Below, one piece after another: positions 29,696 through 40,405 of a stretch of 64,000 nucleotides of DNA; positions within the stretch are counted from its first letter, which is position 1, and each line of letters opens with the position of its first letter. The stretch comes from Acidisphaera sp. (GTDB lineage Bacteria > Pseudomonadota > Alphaproteobacteria > Acetobacterales > Acetobacteraceae), in the NCBI GenBank assembly GCA_019240635.1, contig JAFAYA010000103.1:10021-74020 (forward strand), read 5' to 3'. Under the pieces are notes generated by a model that made no database searches, was not told the DNA's origin, and saw only the letters and a list, made by a program, of their open reading frames with translations. The position numbers and the translations under genes are program-made.

Positions 29696-31554
29696 CAGTC
29701 CTGCTCCGCATTCCGGTTGAGGTCGTCGGCCTCGGCGTCGGCCGGGGGGAAATCCGGCTCGCCGGCGAGCGCGATGTCGCCGGCGGCGACCGAAAGCCCG
29801 TAGGCGTCCGTCGTGCTGTCGTGCACCGCGTCGATCCGCGCACCCGGGAACGCATCGAGAATGGCGCGGACCAGCGGATGGTCGGCGGCGGCGCTGCGCC
29901 GCGCGGCATCGGCCGCCTGGCCCTGCTCCGCGAGCGTCGGCTCGCCGGGCGCCGCCGACAGCGCGATGGTCCAGCGCGTGCCGGTCGCCTCCAGCAGCAG
30001 CGCCGCGAGCCGCGCCGCCAGGTTGCGCGGCGCCTCCGGCTGCGGCCGCAGTTCGATCACCCCCGGCGCGAACCGGACGAGATGCACGGAATGCACGAGA
30101 TGGGCGTGCAGGGTCGGCTCGCGCCGCTCGGCGACCAGCGCCACCACGTCGCGAAAACCGGCGAGGCGCGGCACCGGCCTGGAAAGCACTGGCTCGGAAG
30201 CCACCGGCTCGGCAGGCATCGGGGCGGTTAGCGGCGCCGCCACCGGCGGGCCGTTGGCGACCGCACGAACGCCGCCGCCCGGTGACGGCGGGATCACCGC
30301 CGGCCGCACCGGCGCCGCCGTGGGATCCGCGATCTGGCGGACGAGATCGCCGGGCGTCGGCAGGTCGGCGACGTGGCAGAGCCGTATCAGCACCATGTCG
30401 GCCGCGGCGCGGCGGTCCGGCGCGGTCTCCACCTCGCCGATGCCCTTCAGCAGCATCTGCCAGGCGCGGCCGAGCACCGGGACCGAGAGCCGGTCGGCCA
30501 GCGCCGCGCCGCGGGTGCGCTCGGCCTCCGGCAGGTCCGGGCTCTCGCGCAGCGAAGGGATGGCCTTCAGCCGGCTCAGCGTATGGGTCAGCTCCAGCAG
30601 GTCCTGCAGCAGCGTGCCGGGATCCGCGCCGAATTCGTGCGCCCGGTCGCCGATCGCCAACGCCTCCGCCGGGCGGCCCGCCATCAGCGCCTCCAGCAGG
30701 TCGAACACCGCGCCGCGGTCGGCCAGGCCGAGCATGCGCAGCACCGAGTCCGCCGTGATCGCCGCGTCCGGCGCCTGCGCGATAGCCTGGTCCAGCAGCG
30801 ACAGGCCGTCGCGCACCGACCCGTCGGCCGCGCGCGCGATCAGAACGAGCGCCTCCGGCTCGGCCCGCACGCCCTCCGCCTGCGCGATGCCGGAAAAATG
30901 CGCCGACAGCTCGGCCGCTCCCACCCGCCGCAGGTCGAAGCGCTGGCAGCGCGACAGCACGGTCACCGGCACTTTTCGCAGCTCGGTCGTCGCGAACACG
31001 AATTTTACGTGCGGCGGCGGCTCCTCCAGCGTTTTCAGCAGCGCGTTGAAGGCGTTGCGGGAGAGCATATGGACCTCGTCCACCACGAACACTTTCGTGC
31101 GCGCCTGGAGCGGGCGGAAGCGCGTCGCCTCGATGATCTCGCGGACGTCGTCCACGCCGGTGCGCGAGGCGGCGTCCATCTCCACCACATCCGGGTGGCG
31201 GTCGGCGAGGATGGCGACGCAATCCGGGCACACGCCGCAGGGATCGGCGGTCGGGCCTCCCTTGCCATCGGGCCCGGTGCAGTTCAGCGCGCGGGCAATG
31301 ATGCGGGCCGTCGTGGTCTTCCCCACCCCGCGCACGCCGGTGAGCATGAAGGCGTGCGCCACCCGATCCCGCGCAAACGCGTTGCGCAGGATGCGCACCA
31401 TCGTCTCCTGGCCGATGAGCTGGTCGAACCGGGTCGGCCGGTATTTGCGCGCCAGCACCCGATAGGCCGCGGTCGGCGTCGCCGCGGGTGCGTCGCCGAA
31501 CAGGCCGGGGCCGTCGGGCGGAGGCGGCAGATCGTGCTCGGCGAGGTCGGACAT
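29695..31554 (-). CDS. dnaX: DNA polymerase III subunits gamma/tau
   Basis: AAA+ motifs [13 protein letters not shown] and VDEVHMLS, plus the Zn module CxxC (CGVCPDC). 619 aa. Confidence 0.95.
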   Translation of the reverse strand: MSDLAEHDLPPPPDGPGLFGDAPAATPTAAYRVLARKYRPTRFDQLIGQETMVRILRNAFARDRVAHAFMLTGVRGVGKTTTARIIARALNCTGPDGKGGPTADPCGVCPDCVAILADRHPDVVEMDAASRTGVDDVREIIEATRFRPLQARTKVFVVDEVHMLSRNAFNALLKTLEEPPPHVKFVFATTELRKVPVTVLSRCQRFDLRRVGAAELSAHFSGIAQAEGVRAEPEALVLIARAADGSVRDGLSLLDQAIAQAPDAAITADSVLRMLGLADRGAVFDLLEALMAGRPAEALAIGDRAHEFGADPGTLLQDLLELTHTLSRLKAIPSLRESPDLPEAERTRGAALADRLSVPVLGRAWQMLLKGIGEVETAPDRRAAADMVLIRLCHVADLPTPGDLVRQIADPTAAPVRPAVIPPSPGGGVRAVANGPPVAAPLTAPMPAEPVASEPVLSRPVPRLAGFRDVVALVAERREPTLHAHLVHSVHLVRFAPGVIELRPQPEAPRNLAARLAALLLEATGTRWTIALSAAPGEPTLAEQGQAADAARRSAAADHPLVRAILDAFPGARIDAVHDSTTDAYGLSVAAGDIALAGEPDFPPADAEADDLNRNAEQD

Positions 31555-31610
31555 GCGCGGCGGGACGAGCAGCCGCGGCGGCGGCCCCCTCTCTCTGAGC
31601 CCGGTTGCAC

Positions 31611-31710
31611 GGTGGGAGGCCGGACGAACGACCCGGGCGGAAACTCGTTGCGGCTGCTTCCTTCCGGACCTGACCGGGTTGGCGAGGCGCCCGTCCGCCG
31701 CCGACCTCCC
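31611..31710 (-). ncRNA. ffs: Signal recognition particle RNA (4.5S type)
   Basis: The reverse complement contains the invariant domain IV sequence GGUCAGGUCCGGAAGGAAGCAGC (31653-31675). The ends pair (GGGAGGUCGG / CCGGCCUCCC). It occupies the canonical position upstream of dnaX. Confidence 0.85.
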
Positions 31711-31716
31711 GGCCGA

Positions 31717-31745
31717 AGTATCGTGCCGCGACCATCTGGCCGCAA
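31717..31745 (-). promoter_or_regulatory. Candidate sigma70-type promoter of ffs (-35 TTGCGG, 17-nt spacer, -10 GATACT)
   Basis: The -10 hexamer ends 6 nt before the predicted 5' G of ffs. The hexamers were read from the reverse complement. Confidence 0.35.
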
Positions 31746-31780
31746 GGTTGCTGCCCAGGTTGCTGCCCAGGTTGCTGCCC
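31745..31780. repeat. Perfect tandem repeat, 3 x 12 nt (aggttgctgccc)
   Basis: Three identical units at 31745-56, 31757-68 and 31769-80. They lie between the divergent ffs and nudC genes. Confidence 0.95.
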
Positions 31781-31790
31781 TGGGCCCTGC

Positions 31791-32756
31791 ATGGCAGGGT
31801 CGCGGCGCTCCCGCACCGCCGGATTCCGCGTGACCCTGATCCTCGCCAGCCGCCCCAATCCCTATGCCGGCAGCCCGCTCGATCGCGCCGGGGTGCGGCG
31901 CGAGGATGCCGCTTGGATCGAGGCGGCGCTCGCCCACCCGGAAAGCCTGTTCGTGCCGGTCTGGCGCGCCCGCAGCCTGCTGCGCGGCGTGGAGGAGGGC
32001 CGGCCGGAGGCGGTCTATCTCGCCGGCGCCGCAGCCGAGGCGCTGCGCGAAGCGGGCGGCGCCTGGGCCTTCCTCGGCACCTTGCAGGGACAGGCGGTGT
32101 TCGCCGTCGATGTCAGCGGCGTGGAGGACCCGGCGCCGCTGCTGCCGGCAGGGCTCGGCGCGTTCGAGGATTTGCGGCGCACCGCCGGCGCGCTCGCGCC
32201 CGACGAGGCCTCGGTGCTGGCGCACGCCCGCGGCCTGATGCACTGGCGCACCCGGCACCGCTTCTGCGGCCTCTGCGGGGCGGCCTGCGAACCCGCCAGC
32301 GCCGGCCACATGATGGTCTGCACCGGCTGCGGCGTGCAGCACTTCCCGCGCACCGACCCGGCGGTGATCATGCTGGTCTGGCGCGAGGACCGCGCCCTGC
32401 TCGGCCATTCCCAGCGCTTTCCCAACAGCACGATGTATTCGACGCTCGCCGGCTTCGTGGAGCCGGGCGAGAGCCTGGAGGAGGCGGTGGCGCGCGAGGT
32501 GGCCGAGGAGGTCAGCGTGCGGGTCGGCCCGGTGCAGTACCACTCAAGCCAGCCCTGGCCGTTCCCGGCCAACATCATGCTCGGCTTCTACGCCGAGGCG
32601 CTGTCGGACGCGATCACCATCGACCCCGGCGAGCTGCGCGACGCCCGCTGGTTCAGGCGCGCCGAACTGCGCGACCCCGACGCGCACGGCTTCCAGCTGC
32701 CGCGCCGCGACAGCATCGCCCGCCGGCTGATCGAGGACTGGATGGCGGCGGCGTGA
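31791..32756 (+). CDS. nudC: NAD+ diphosphatase (NADH pyrophosphatase, Nudix with zinc ribbon)
   Basis: Zn ribbon C..CG...........C..C (FCGLCGAAC...MVCTGCG) followed by the Nudix box [21 protein letters not shown]. Start uncertain: ATG 31791 or GTG 31830. Confidence 0.85.
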   Translation: MAGSRRSRTAGFRVTLILASRPNPYAGSPLDRAGVRREDAAWIEAALAHPESLFVPVWRARSLLRGVEEGRPEAVYLAGAAAEALREAGGAWAFLGTLQGQAVFAVDVSGVEDPAPLLPAGLGAFEDLRRTAGALAPDEASVLAHARGLMHWRTRHRFCGLCGAACEPASAGHMMVCTGCGVQHFPRTDPAVIMLVWREDRALLGHSQRFPNSTMYSTLAGFVEPGESLEEAVAREVAEEVSVRVGPVQYHSSQPWPFPANIMLGFYAEALSDAITIDPGELRDARWFRRAELRDPDAHGFQLPRRDSIARRLIEDWMAAA

Positions 32757-33019
32757 GGGGCCTTTGGCTCTGCCTGCTGCTGCTGGCGGCATGCGGCGGC
32801 CCGGATACGCCGGAGGCGGCCTGCGCGCGCCAGGCGAACGACGACCCGGAGGTGCACCGGCTCGTCATGCTCAGCGGGGGCACGCCGTACCTCCAGCAGA
32901 AATACGAGGGCGAGCTGGCCTATCTGCGGCGCGAGGCGACCTTGCGCTGCCTGCGCTCGCGCGGCCTGGCGCCCCCGGGGGGCGTCGAATCGCGCAAGCC
33001 GCTCGAGACGCCGCCCTGA
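32753..33019 (+). CDS. Small putative lipoprotein
   Basis: GTG 32753 overlaps the nudC stop (GTGA). Lipobox-like signal LWLCLLLLAAC-GG. No family recognised. Confidence 0.5.
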   Translation: MRGLWLCLLLLAACGGPDTPEAACARQANDDPEVHRLVMLSGGTPYLQQKYEGELAYLRREATLRCLRSRGLAPPGGVESRKPLETPP

Positions 33020-33039
33020 AGGAAGGCGCGTCCGGCGCC

Positions 33040-33726
33040 CTACCCGAAAACCTCCGTCCAGGCCGCGCGCAGCGCTTCGTCAGCCTCCGCCAGCCCCGCG
33101 TGCACGCCCTGCGCGCGCAGACTGGTGACGCCGTGCTCGCGGATGCCGCACGGCACGATGCCCGAGAAGTGCCGGAGGTCCGGATCGACGTTCAGCGCGA
33201 CGCCGTGCCAGCTCACCCAGCGAGTCACCCGCACGCCGATCGCCGCGATCTTTTCCTCGCCCCCGCTCCGCCGATCAACGATCCAGATGCCGACGCGCCC
33301 CGCCCGCCGCTCGCCCCGTAACCCGAACCGCGCAAGCGTGCGGATCAGCCACTCCTCCAGCCCCGCGACATAGGCCCGCACGTCCCGCGCTCGCAGCGCC
33401 CCATGCGCCCGCCCCAGATCGAGCATCACATACGCCACGCGCTGCCCCGGCCCATGATACGTCCACTGCCCCCCGCGCCCGGCGACAAAGGTCGGAAACC
33501 GCGCGGCATCACGCAGATCCTCCGGCCTGGCGGAGGTGCCGGCCGTATACAGCGGCGGATGTTCGACCAGCCAGACCAGCTCCGGCGCCCCGCCCGCGCG
33601 GATCGCCGCGACCCGCTCCTGCATGATTTTTAGCGCCCGCGGATACGCGGTCAGCCCGGCGGCAACCTGCCAGTCCGGCGCCGAAATTTCGGGGAGGGGA
33701 GGTGTGATTGAAGGGGCGGAAGGCAT
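33040..33726 (-). CDS. lipB: Lipoyl(octanoyl) transferase
   Basis: [34 protein letters not shown] and GIVPCG motifs. Confidence 0.9.
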   Translation of the reverse strand: MPSAPSITPPLPEISAPDWQVAAGLTAYPRALKIMQERVAAIRAGGAPELVWLVEHPPLYTAGTSARPEDLRDAARFPTFVAGRGGQWTYHGPGQRVAYVMLDLGRAHGALRARDVRAYVAGLEEWLIRTLARFGLRGERRAGRVGIWIVDRRSGGEEKIAAIGVRVTRWVSWHGVALNVDPDLRHFSGIVPCGIREHGVTSLRAQGVHAGLAEADEALRAAWTEVFG

Positions 33727-33759
33727 CGGCTATATCCCAGCGCCTCCTGGCCCCGCGAT

Positions 33760-33845
33760 GCGGTCGTGGCGGAATGGTAGACGCGCAAGCTTGAGGTGCT
33801 TGTGGGGGAAACCCCGTGGAAGTTCGAGTCTTCTCGACCGCACCA
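33760..33845 (+). tRNA. tRNA-Leu (anticodon GAG), CCA encoded
   Basis: Folds by eye. Acceptor GCGGTCG/CGACCGC, anticodon stem CAAGC/GCTTG with loop TTGAGGT, a long variable arm (GGGGGAAACCCC), a TTCGAGT T-loop and a terminal ACCA. Confidence 0.95.
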
Positions 33846-34188
33846 ACATCTTTTTCGATTCGCCTGGGTAGCTTGGGGCGATGTGCCCGTCGGCTGAGCG
33901 ACCACCATACCATTGGACACCCGCTGATCGCCGACGGCTCGAGAAGGTCTATAGCGCCGTGCACAACGAGGGCGCTATCGTACGCCTCGCGCTGCGCCCG
34001 AGTCGCTGGACAGTGCCGCCAATCCTAGAGCCGTTCGAACCCGTGACGGCAGTTGGGTAGACGTTTGGCTGCTGCCCTGCGATGACTGTCACTTCACACA
34101 AAACACGACTAGAAATGCCGCGTTCCCGTCGCCAGTGAAGCGCGGGGCTGCCTCGCAGCATGTAAACGAAGTCCGGAGTAGGAGACAG

Positions 34189-34743
34189 ATGGCGCGGGTA
34201 TCTTTCGACAGTACAAAGAAGCCTTTAGAAGAGTTGCTGAAGCAGGCACATGTTGGGATAATTCAGCTGCCCGACTTTCAACGAAGCTGGGTTTGGAAGG
34301 ACGACGGACTGCGAGCCTTGTTGGCGTCAGTGTCCCGCTCCTTCCCAGTCGGCACCCTAATGACGCTTCAAACGGGCGGAGAGGTAAATTTCAAGCATCG
34401 TCTGATCGAAGGCGCCCCGGGGGAGTACAGGTCGGCAAAGCCCGACTTTCTGTTGCTCGACGGCCAGCAGCGGATCACGTCCCTATACCAACTCACATTT
34501 CGGCAAGACGTGATTCACACCCGTGACGTCCGCAAGCACGCTATTGAGCGCTGGTATTACATCAATATGAACCAAGCGCTCGACCCCTCCGTCGATCGAG
34601 AAGCGGCCATAGTAGGAGTCCGAAAGGACAAGACTGAACTGCGCGGGTTCGAGATTGTGCAGGATCTCTCGACTCCGGAATTCGAGTATGAAAACTGTAT
34701 GTTTCCAGCGAACAAAGTTTTTCATCTGACGAGTGGCAGATGA
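34189..34743 (+). CDS. DUF262 (ParB-like nuclease/NTPase) domain protein; N-terminal piece of a GmrSD-like enzyme
   Basis: LPDFQRSWVW and LLDGQQRITSL signature motifs. ATG 34189 is preceded by GGAGTAGGAG. Low G+C. Confidence 0.75.
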   Translation: MARVSFDSTKKPLEELLKQAHVGIIQLPDFQRSWVWKDDGLRALLASVSRSFPVGTLMTLQTGGEVNFKHRLIEGAPGEYRSAKPDFLLLDGQQRITSLYQLTFRQDVIHTRDVRKHAIERWYYINMNQALDPSVDREAAIVGVRKDKTELRGFEIVQDLSTPEFEYENCMFPANKVFHLTSGR

Positions 34744-36083
34744 AATTTTGCGAATATTGGCAATTTGTGCCGGCTAAAATGCAACTATGGTTTAGATTTG
34801 CCAATGAGGTGCTTGCCGCTTTCAAACAGTATCAAATGCCAGTGATAGCCCTCGACAAGGGTACGTCTCGCGAAGCCGTGTGCCTAGTTTTCGAGAAGGT
34901 TAATACCGGTGGGGAAAAGCTGGACGCCTTCGAGCTCCTCACCGCTATCTATGCTGCGTCATCTTTCGATCTCCGCGTGGATTGGCGCGGCGGCGGCGAG
35001 GCCGGAGAGGGACGGGCCAAGCGGCTAGCGTCAGGTATTGCGTTTCCCAAGAACGTGCTAACGAATTTGCAGCCCACCGACTTTCTGCAGGCGGTGTGCC
35101 TCCTTTACAGTCTTGAGCGTCGTCGCAAGCATACTGCTGCAGGGGAGCCTCAGCCGGTCACTGCGAAACGCGAGGATCTCCTCCGAATTCCCCTCGACCA
35201 ATTCAAGGCGCTCGCCCCACGTGTTGAGTCGGGCTTCATAGCGGCAGGAAAGCTCCTGTTCACCCAGCATGTCTTCAGCGCGCGGGATCTGCCTTACCAA
35301 TCACAACTGATACCGTTCGCCGTCCTTATGGCCGATCTTGGGCCGAAGACGGACATGCTGGAGGTGCGCTCCAAACTGCTCCGATGGTGGTGGTGCGGTG
35401 TTTTCGGCGAACTCTACGGTTCGGCGAGCGAAACTCGGTACGCCAGAGATGTCCAGGAGGTGGCCGCATGGGTGAACGGCGGCGACGAACCGAGCACAAT
35501 CCGCGACGCCATTTTCCGTGCCGAACGTCTGGACACAATGAGCACTCGGTTATCGGCGGCCTACAAGGGGGTCCACGTTTTGCTGATGCAAGCGGGTGCC
35601 AAGGATTTCAGATCGGGCCAATCGTTTGGGCACGCAGTGTATTTTGGAGAGTACGTTGACATCCACCACATCTTTCCAAAAGCTTGGTGCTTGAAGCATG
35701 GCATAAATCATTCTAAACTCGATGCGATAGTAAACAAAACTCCACTGTTTTATAAATCAAATCGAATCATCGGCGGTTCTGCGCCGTCCATCTATCTGTC
35801 TAGGCTCCGTACTGAAGGATCGGTGCAGTCCTCTGAGGAGCTTGATAACATTCTTGCGACGCATGGGATTGACGCGCATACGATGCGGCAGGATGATTTC
35901 GGCACCTTCTATGAGAAGCGCCGCGCGGCGCTTCTCAAGATGATCGAAGCAGTCATGGGTAAAGCCGCCTACCAAGGCGGCGATGCCGAGGATGAGCAGC
36001 CAGCAGCCAATTTTTCGGAGCGCGAGGACGATGAGGACGCAATAGCAGAGGACGAGAGCGCGCTCCCGGCAGATGCACCCTGA
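34740..36083 (+). CDS. C-terminal piece of the GmrSD-like enzyme: rest of DUF262 plus a DUF1524/His-Me-finger-like nuclease domain
   Basis: FEKVNTGGEKLDAFELL (the second conserved DUF262 block). C-terminal DIHHIFPKAW....N..D.IVNKTPL nuclease-like motif. Acidic tail. ATG 34740 overlaps the upstream stop. Confidence 0.7.
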   Translation: MKFCEYWQFVPAKMQLWFRFANEVLAAFKQYQMPVIALDKGTSREAVCLVFEKVNTGGEKLDAFELLTAIYAASSFDLRVDWRGGGEAGEGRAKRLASGIAFPKNVLTNLQPTDFLQAVCLLYSLERRRKHTAAGEPQPVTAKREDLLRIPLDQFKALAPRVESGFIAAGKLLFTQHVFSARDLPYQSQLIPFAVLMADLGPKTDMLEVRSKLLRWWWCGVFGELYGSASETRYARDVQEVAAWVNGGDEPSTIRDAIFRAERLDTMSTRLSAAYKGVHVLLMQAGAKDFRSGQSFGHAVYFGEYVDIHHIFPKAWCLKHGINHSKLDAIVNKTPLFYKSNRIIGGSAPSIYLSRLRTEGSVQSSEELDNILATHGIDAHTMRQDDFGTFYEKRRAALLKMIEAVMGKAAYQGGDAEDEQPAANFSEREDDEDAIAEDESALPADAP

Positions 36084-36104
36084 CCTTCAGCTCACCCGGG
36101 CCCA

Positions 36105-36225
36105 AAAGCTGGCGATCGTCGCGACTAAGATGGCCTCCCAGTGCAACCTGGCACTCGCCTATTCCCACGGCGTCGGCGCCTGCGAGGAAATCCACGCTGC
36201 GCCGGACACCGCGCGCGACTGCACC
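36105..36225 (+). pseudogene. Decayed fragment homologous to the 5' region of maeB
   Basis: It translates as KLAIVATKMASQCNLALAYSHGVGACEEIHAAPDTARDCTA. Intact MaeB (38180-38310) reads [43 protein letters not shown]. There is no start and no continuation. Confidence 0.6.
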
Positions 36226-36266
36226 GCGGAGCGCCGGGAGCTGCCACTCCGACATGATCGTATCGA

Positions 36267-36453
36267 ATGCCACAACGCTCGCCAGTGCTCGAACCCGATC
36301 GCTTCCGCACCGCCGCAGAACACTACGAACCGGGCCGCGTCCCCTACGCCCCAACACTCATCCGCCGCGTCGCCGAAATCACCGCGCTTCGTCCCACGCA
36401 CCGCCTGCTCGACCTCGGCTGCGGACCGGCGCCGCTAGCGCGCGGCTTCGCCT
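36267..36453 (+). pseudogene. Truncated extra copy of the 5' end of the methyltransferase gene at 37261
   Basis: My hand alignment of about 165 nt (36288-36453 against 37285-37450) gives 16 mismatches. Similarity ends just after SAM motif I (LDLGCGPAPLARGFA). Confidence 0.65.
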
Positions 36454-36574
36454 TTCGTGGGCAAGGGATCTTAAGTGGACCGCCTTAAAGTCTCGCATGA
36501 TACCGTCCCTTATCACGGACGGCTGCTTGCCCCGTCGTCGTGGCTCCGATTAGGTCCGCCCCAGGAGGCAGCCC

Positions 36575-36826
36575 ATGCCCGATACCGTTCCAGTCACCAT
36601 CGAAGTCGAGCCGGACGCCGCGGCGGCGCTCGGCGACGAGGCACGACGCGCTCGCGTCGGCCGATTGGTCAGCCGGATGCTTCGCCCGGCAAGCACGGAC
36701 CACCTGTTCGCCGTCATGAAGGCGATTGCGGCCGAAGCCCAGCGGCGCGGCTTCACCGAGGAGATGCTCGAGGAGGAGCTCGCCGCCTACAACGCGGAGC
36801 GTCGGGAGCGGCCATCCCCGGCGTGA
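36575..36826 (+). CDS. Putative antitoxin (83 aa) of the PIN toxin
   Basis: A small ORF with AGGAGG 6 nt upstream of the ATG. Its stop overlaps the PIN gene start (GTGA). The fold was not recognised. Confidence 0.5.
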   Translation: MPDTVPVTIEVEPDAAAALGDEARRARVGRLVSRMLRPASTDHLFAVMKAIAAEAQRRGFTEEMLEEELAAYNAERRERPSPA

Positions 36827-37236
36827 TCGTGTTCGATGCGACGACGCTCGTCAGTGCGACTTTCCGCCGTCAGGGTGTACCTGCCCGGGCGGTGCGCCAG
36901 GCTCTGCAATCGGACCGGGTCGCAATATCAGAGGCGGTGCTCGCCGAGCTGCTCGACGTGCTCGACCGGCCGCGACTCGCGCGCTTCGTCGACCCGGAAT
37001 TGCGCGCCGAATTGGTGGGCCAGCTCGATGCCCTCGGAGTCTTCTTCACCCCCACCGAAACAGTCACGGACTGCCGCGACGCAAAGGATGACAAATATCT
37101 CGAACTCGCCCTCGCTGCCGGTGCAGGGGTAATCGTCAGCGGCGACGCCGACCTGCTCGTGCTGCACCCGTGGCGCGGCGTGCGCATTCTCCGGCCGGTG
37201 GAATACCTCACAGAAACCGGCGTTGGCGCAGGCTAG
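36823..37236 (+). CDS. PIN-domain toxin (TIGR00305-like putative ribonuclease)
   Basis: VFDATTLVSA (first acidic residue), SEAVLAEL, RDAKDDKYLELA and VSGDADLL match the PIN acidic-quartet layout. Confidence 0.75.
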   Translation: MIVFDATTLVSATFRRQGVPARAVRQALQSDRVAISEAVLAELLDVLDRPRLARFVDPELRAELVGQLDALGVFFTPTETVTDCRDAKDDKYLELALAAGAGVIVSGDADLLVLHPWRGVRILRPVEYLTETGVGAG

Positions 37237-37260
37237 GCGGGCCATCCCCTCTGAGGCCCA

Positions 37261-38055
37261 ATGCCCTCCGGCTCCCCCCCACCGCTCGAACCCGATCGCT
37301 TCCGCACCGCCGCGGCGCACTACGAAGCCGGCCGCGTTCCCTATGCCCCAAGCCTGATCCGCCGCGTCACCGAAATCACCGCGCTGCGTCCCACGCACCG
37401 CGTGCTCGACCTCGGCTGCGGGCCGGCGCCGCTGGCCCGCGGCTTCGCCTCGTTTGCCGCCGAAGTGGTGGCGATGGACCCGTCGGCAGAAATGCTGGAC
37501 GCAGCGCGTACCCTGGCCGCGCACACCAAAAACATCCGCTTCGTCGCCGGCAGCTCCTACGACCTCGCCCCCACGCTCGGCCCTTTCCACCTGGTCGTCA
37601 TGGGCCGCTCGTTTCACTGGATGGACCGGGTGGACACGCTGACGCGGCTCGATCGGATCATCGAACCCGCTGGCGCCGTTGCGCTGTTTCAGGACTCCGC
37701 ACCCGCTGTGCCGCAAAATGCCTGGCGGAAAACCTGGCGCGATATCCGCGAGCGCTACGCTCCCGACGCCGAGCCGCACCGGCGCGACCCGAATTGGGTC
37801 CGGCATGAGGCCATCCTGCTCGACTCAGCCTTCGCCCGTCTGGAAACATTTGGCGTCATCGAGCGGCGCGCGCTGGATGTCGAGACACTGGTGCACCGAA
37901 CATTGTCGGTGTCCGCCACCTCGCCGTCGCATCTCGGCGACAAGACGGAGGCCATGATCGCGGACATTCGCGCGGCACTTTCGGATGTGCGCGAGGAGGT
38001 GGTGGAAACCTCCGCCCTGGTGGCCTGGCGCCCGCAGTCCCACACGCAGAACTGA
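37261..38055 (+). CDS. Class I SAM-dependent methyltransferase (small-molecule type)
   Basis: Motif I VLDLGCGPAPLA, post-I AMDPS, and motif II-like LVVMGRSFHWMD. Confidence 0.8.
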   Translation: MPSGSPPPLEPDRFRTAAAHYEAGRVPYAPSLIRRVTEITALRPTHRVLDLGCGPAPLARGFASFAAEVVAMDPSAEMLDAARTLAAHTKNIRFVAGSSYDLAPTLGPFHLVVMGRSFHWMDRVDTLTRLDRIIEPAGAVALFQDSAPAVPQNAWRKTWRDIRERYAPDAEPHRRDPNWVRHEAILLDSAFARLETFGVIERRALDVETLVHRTLSVSATSPSHLGDKTEAMIADIRAALSDVREEVVETSALVAWRPQSHTQN

Positions 38056-38122
38056 TTTTTCAAAACCGATACCCGCCATCCCCGCCCTATGTCAGACTCC
38101 CGCTACGAGGGAGGGCCGGGCC

Positions 38123-40381
<2,259 letters not shown>

Positions 40382-40405
40382 TGCGGCAGGCCTGAAGGGA
40401 GCGGC

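Noticed and set aside
29695-31554. Programmed -1 frameshift site in dnaX (A AAA AAG type, as in E. coli gamma/tau)
   Set aside because: I did not see an A-rich slippery heptamer in the gene when reading the minus strand. There is no evidence for the mechanism here.
33846-38122. Classical integrative element (integrase plus attL/attR direct repeats of the tRNA-Leu 3' end)
   Set aside because: No integrase- or recombinase-like ORF is present. I found no convincing repeat of the tRNA 3' end downstream. The only candidate is a weak cgaccaccat resemblance about 50 nt after the tRNA. The region is therefore reported only as a compositional islet.
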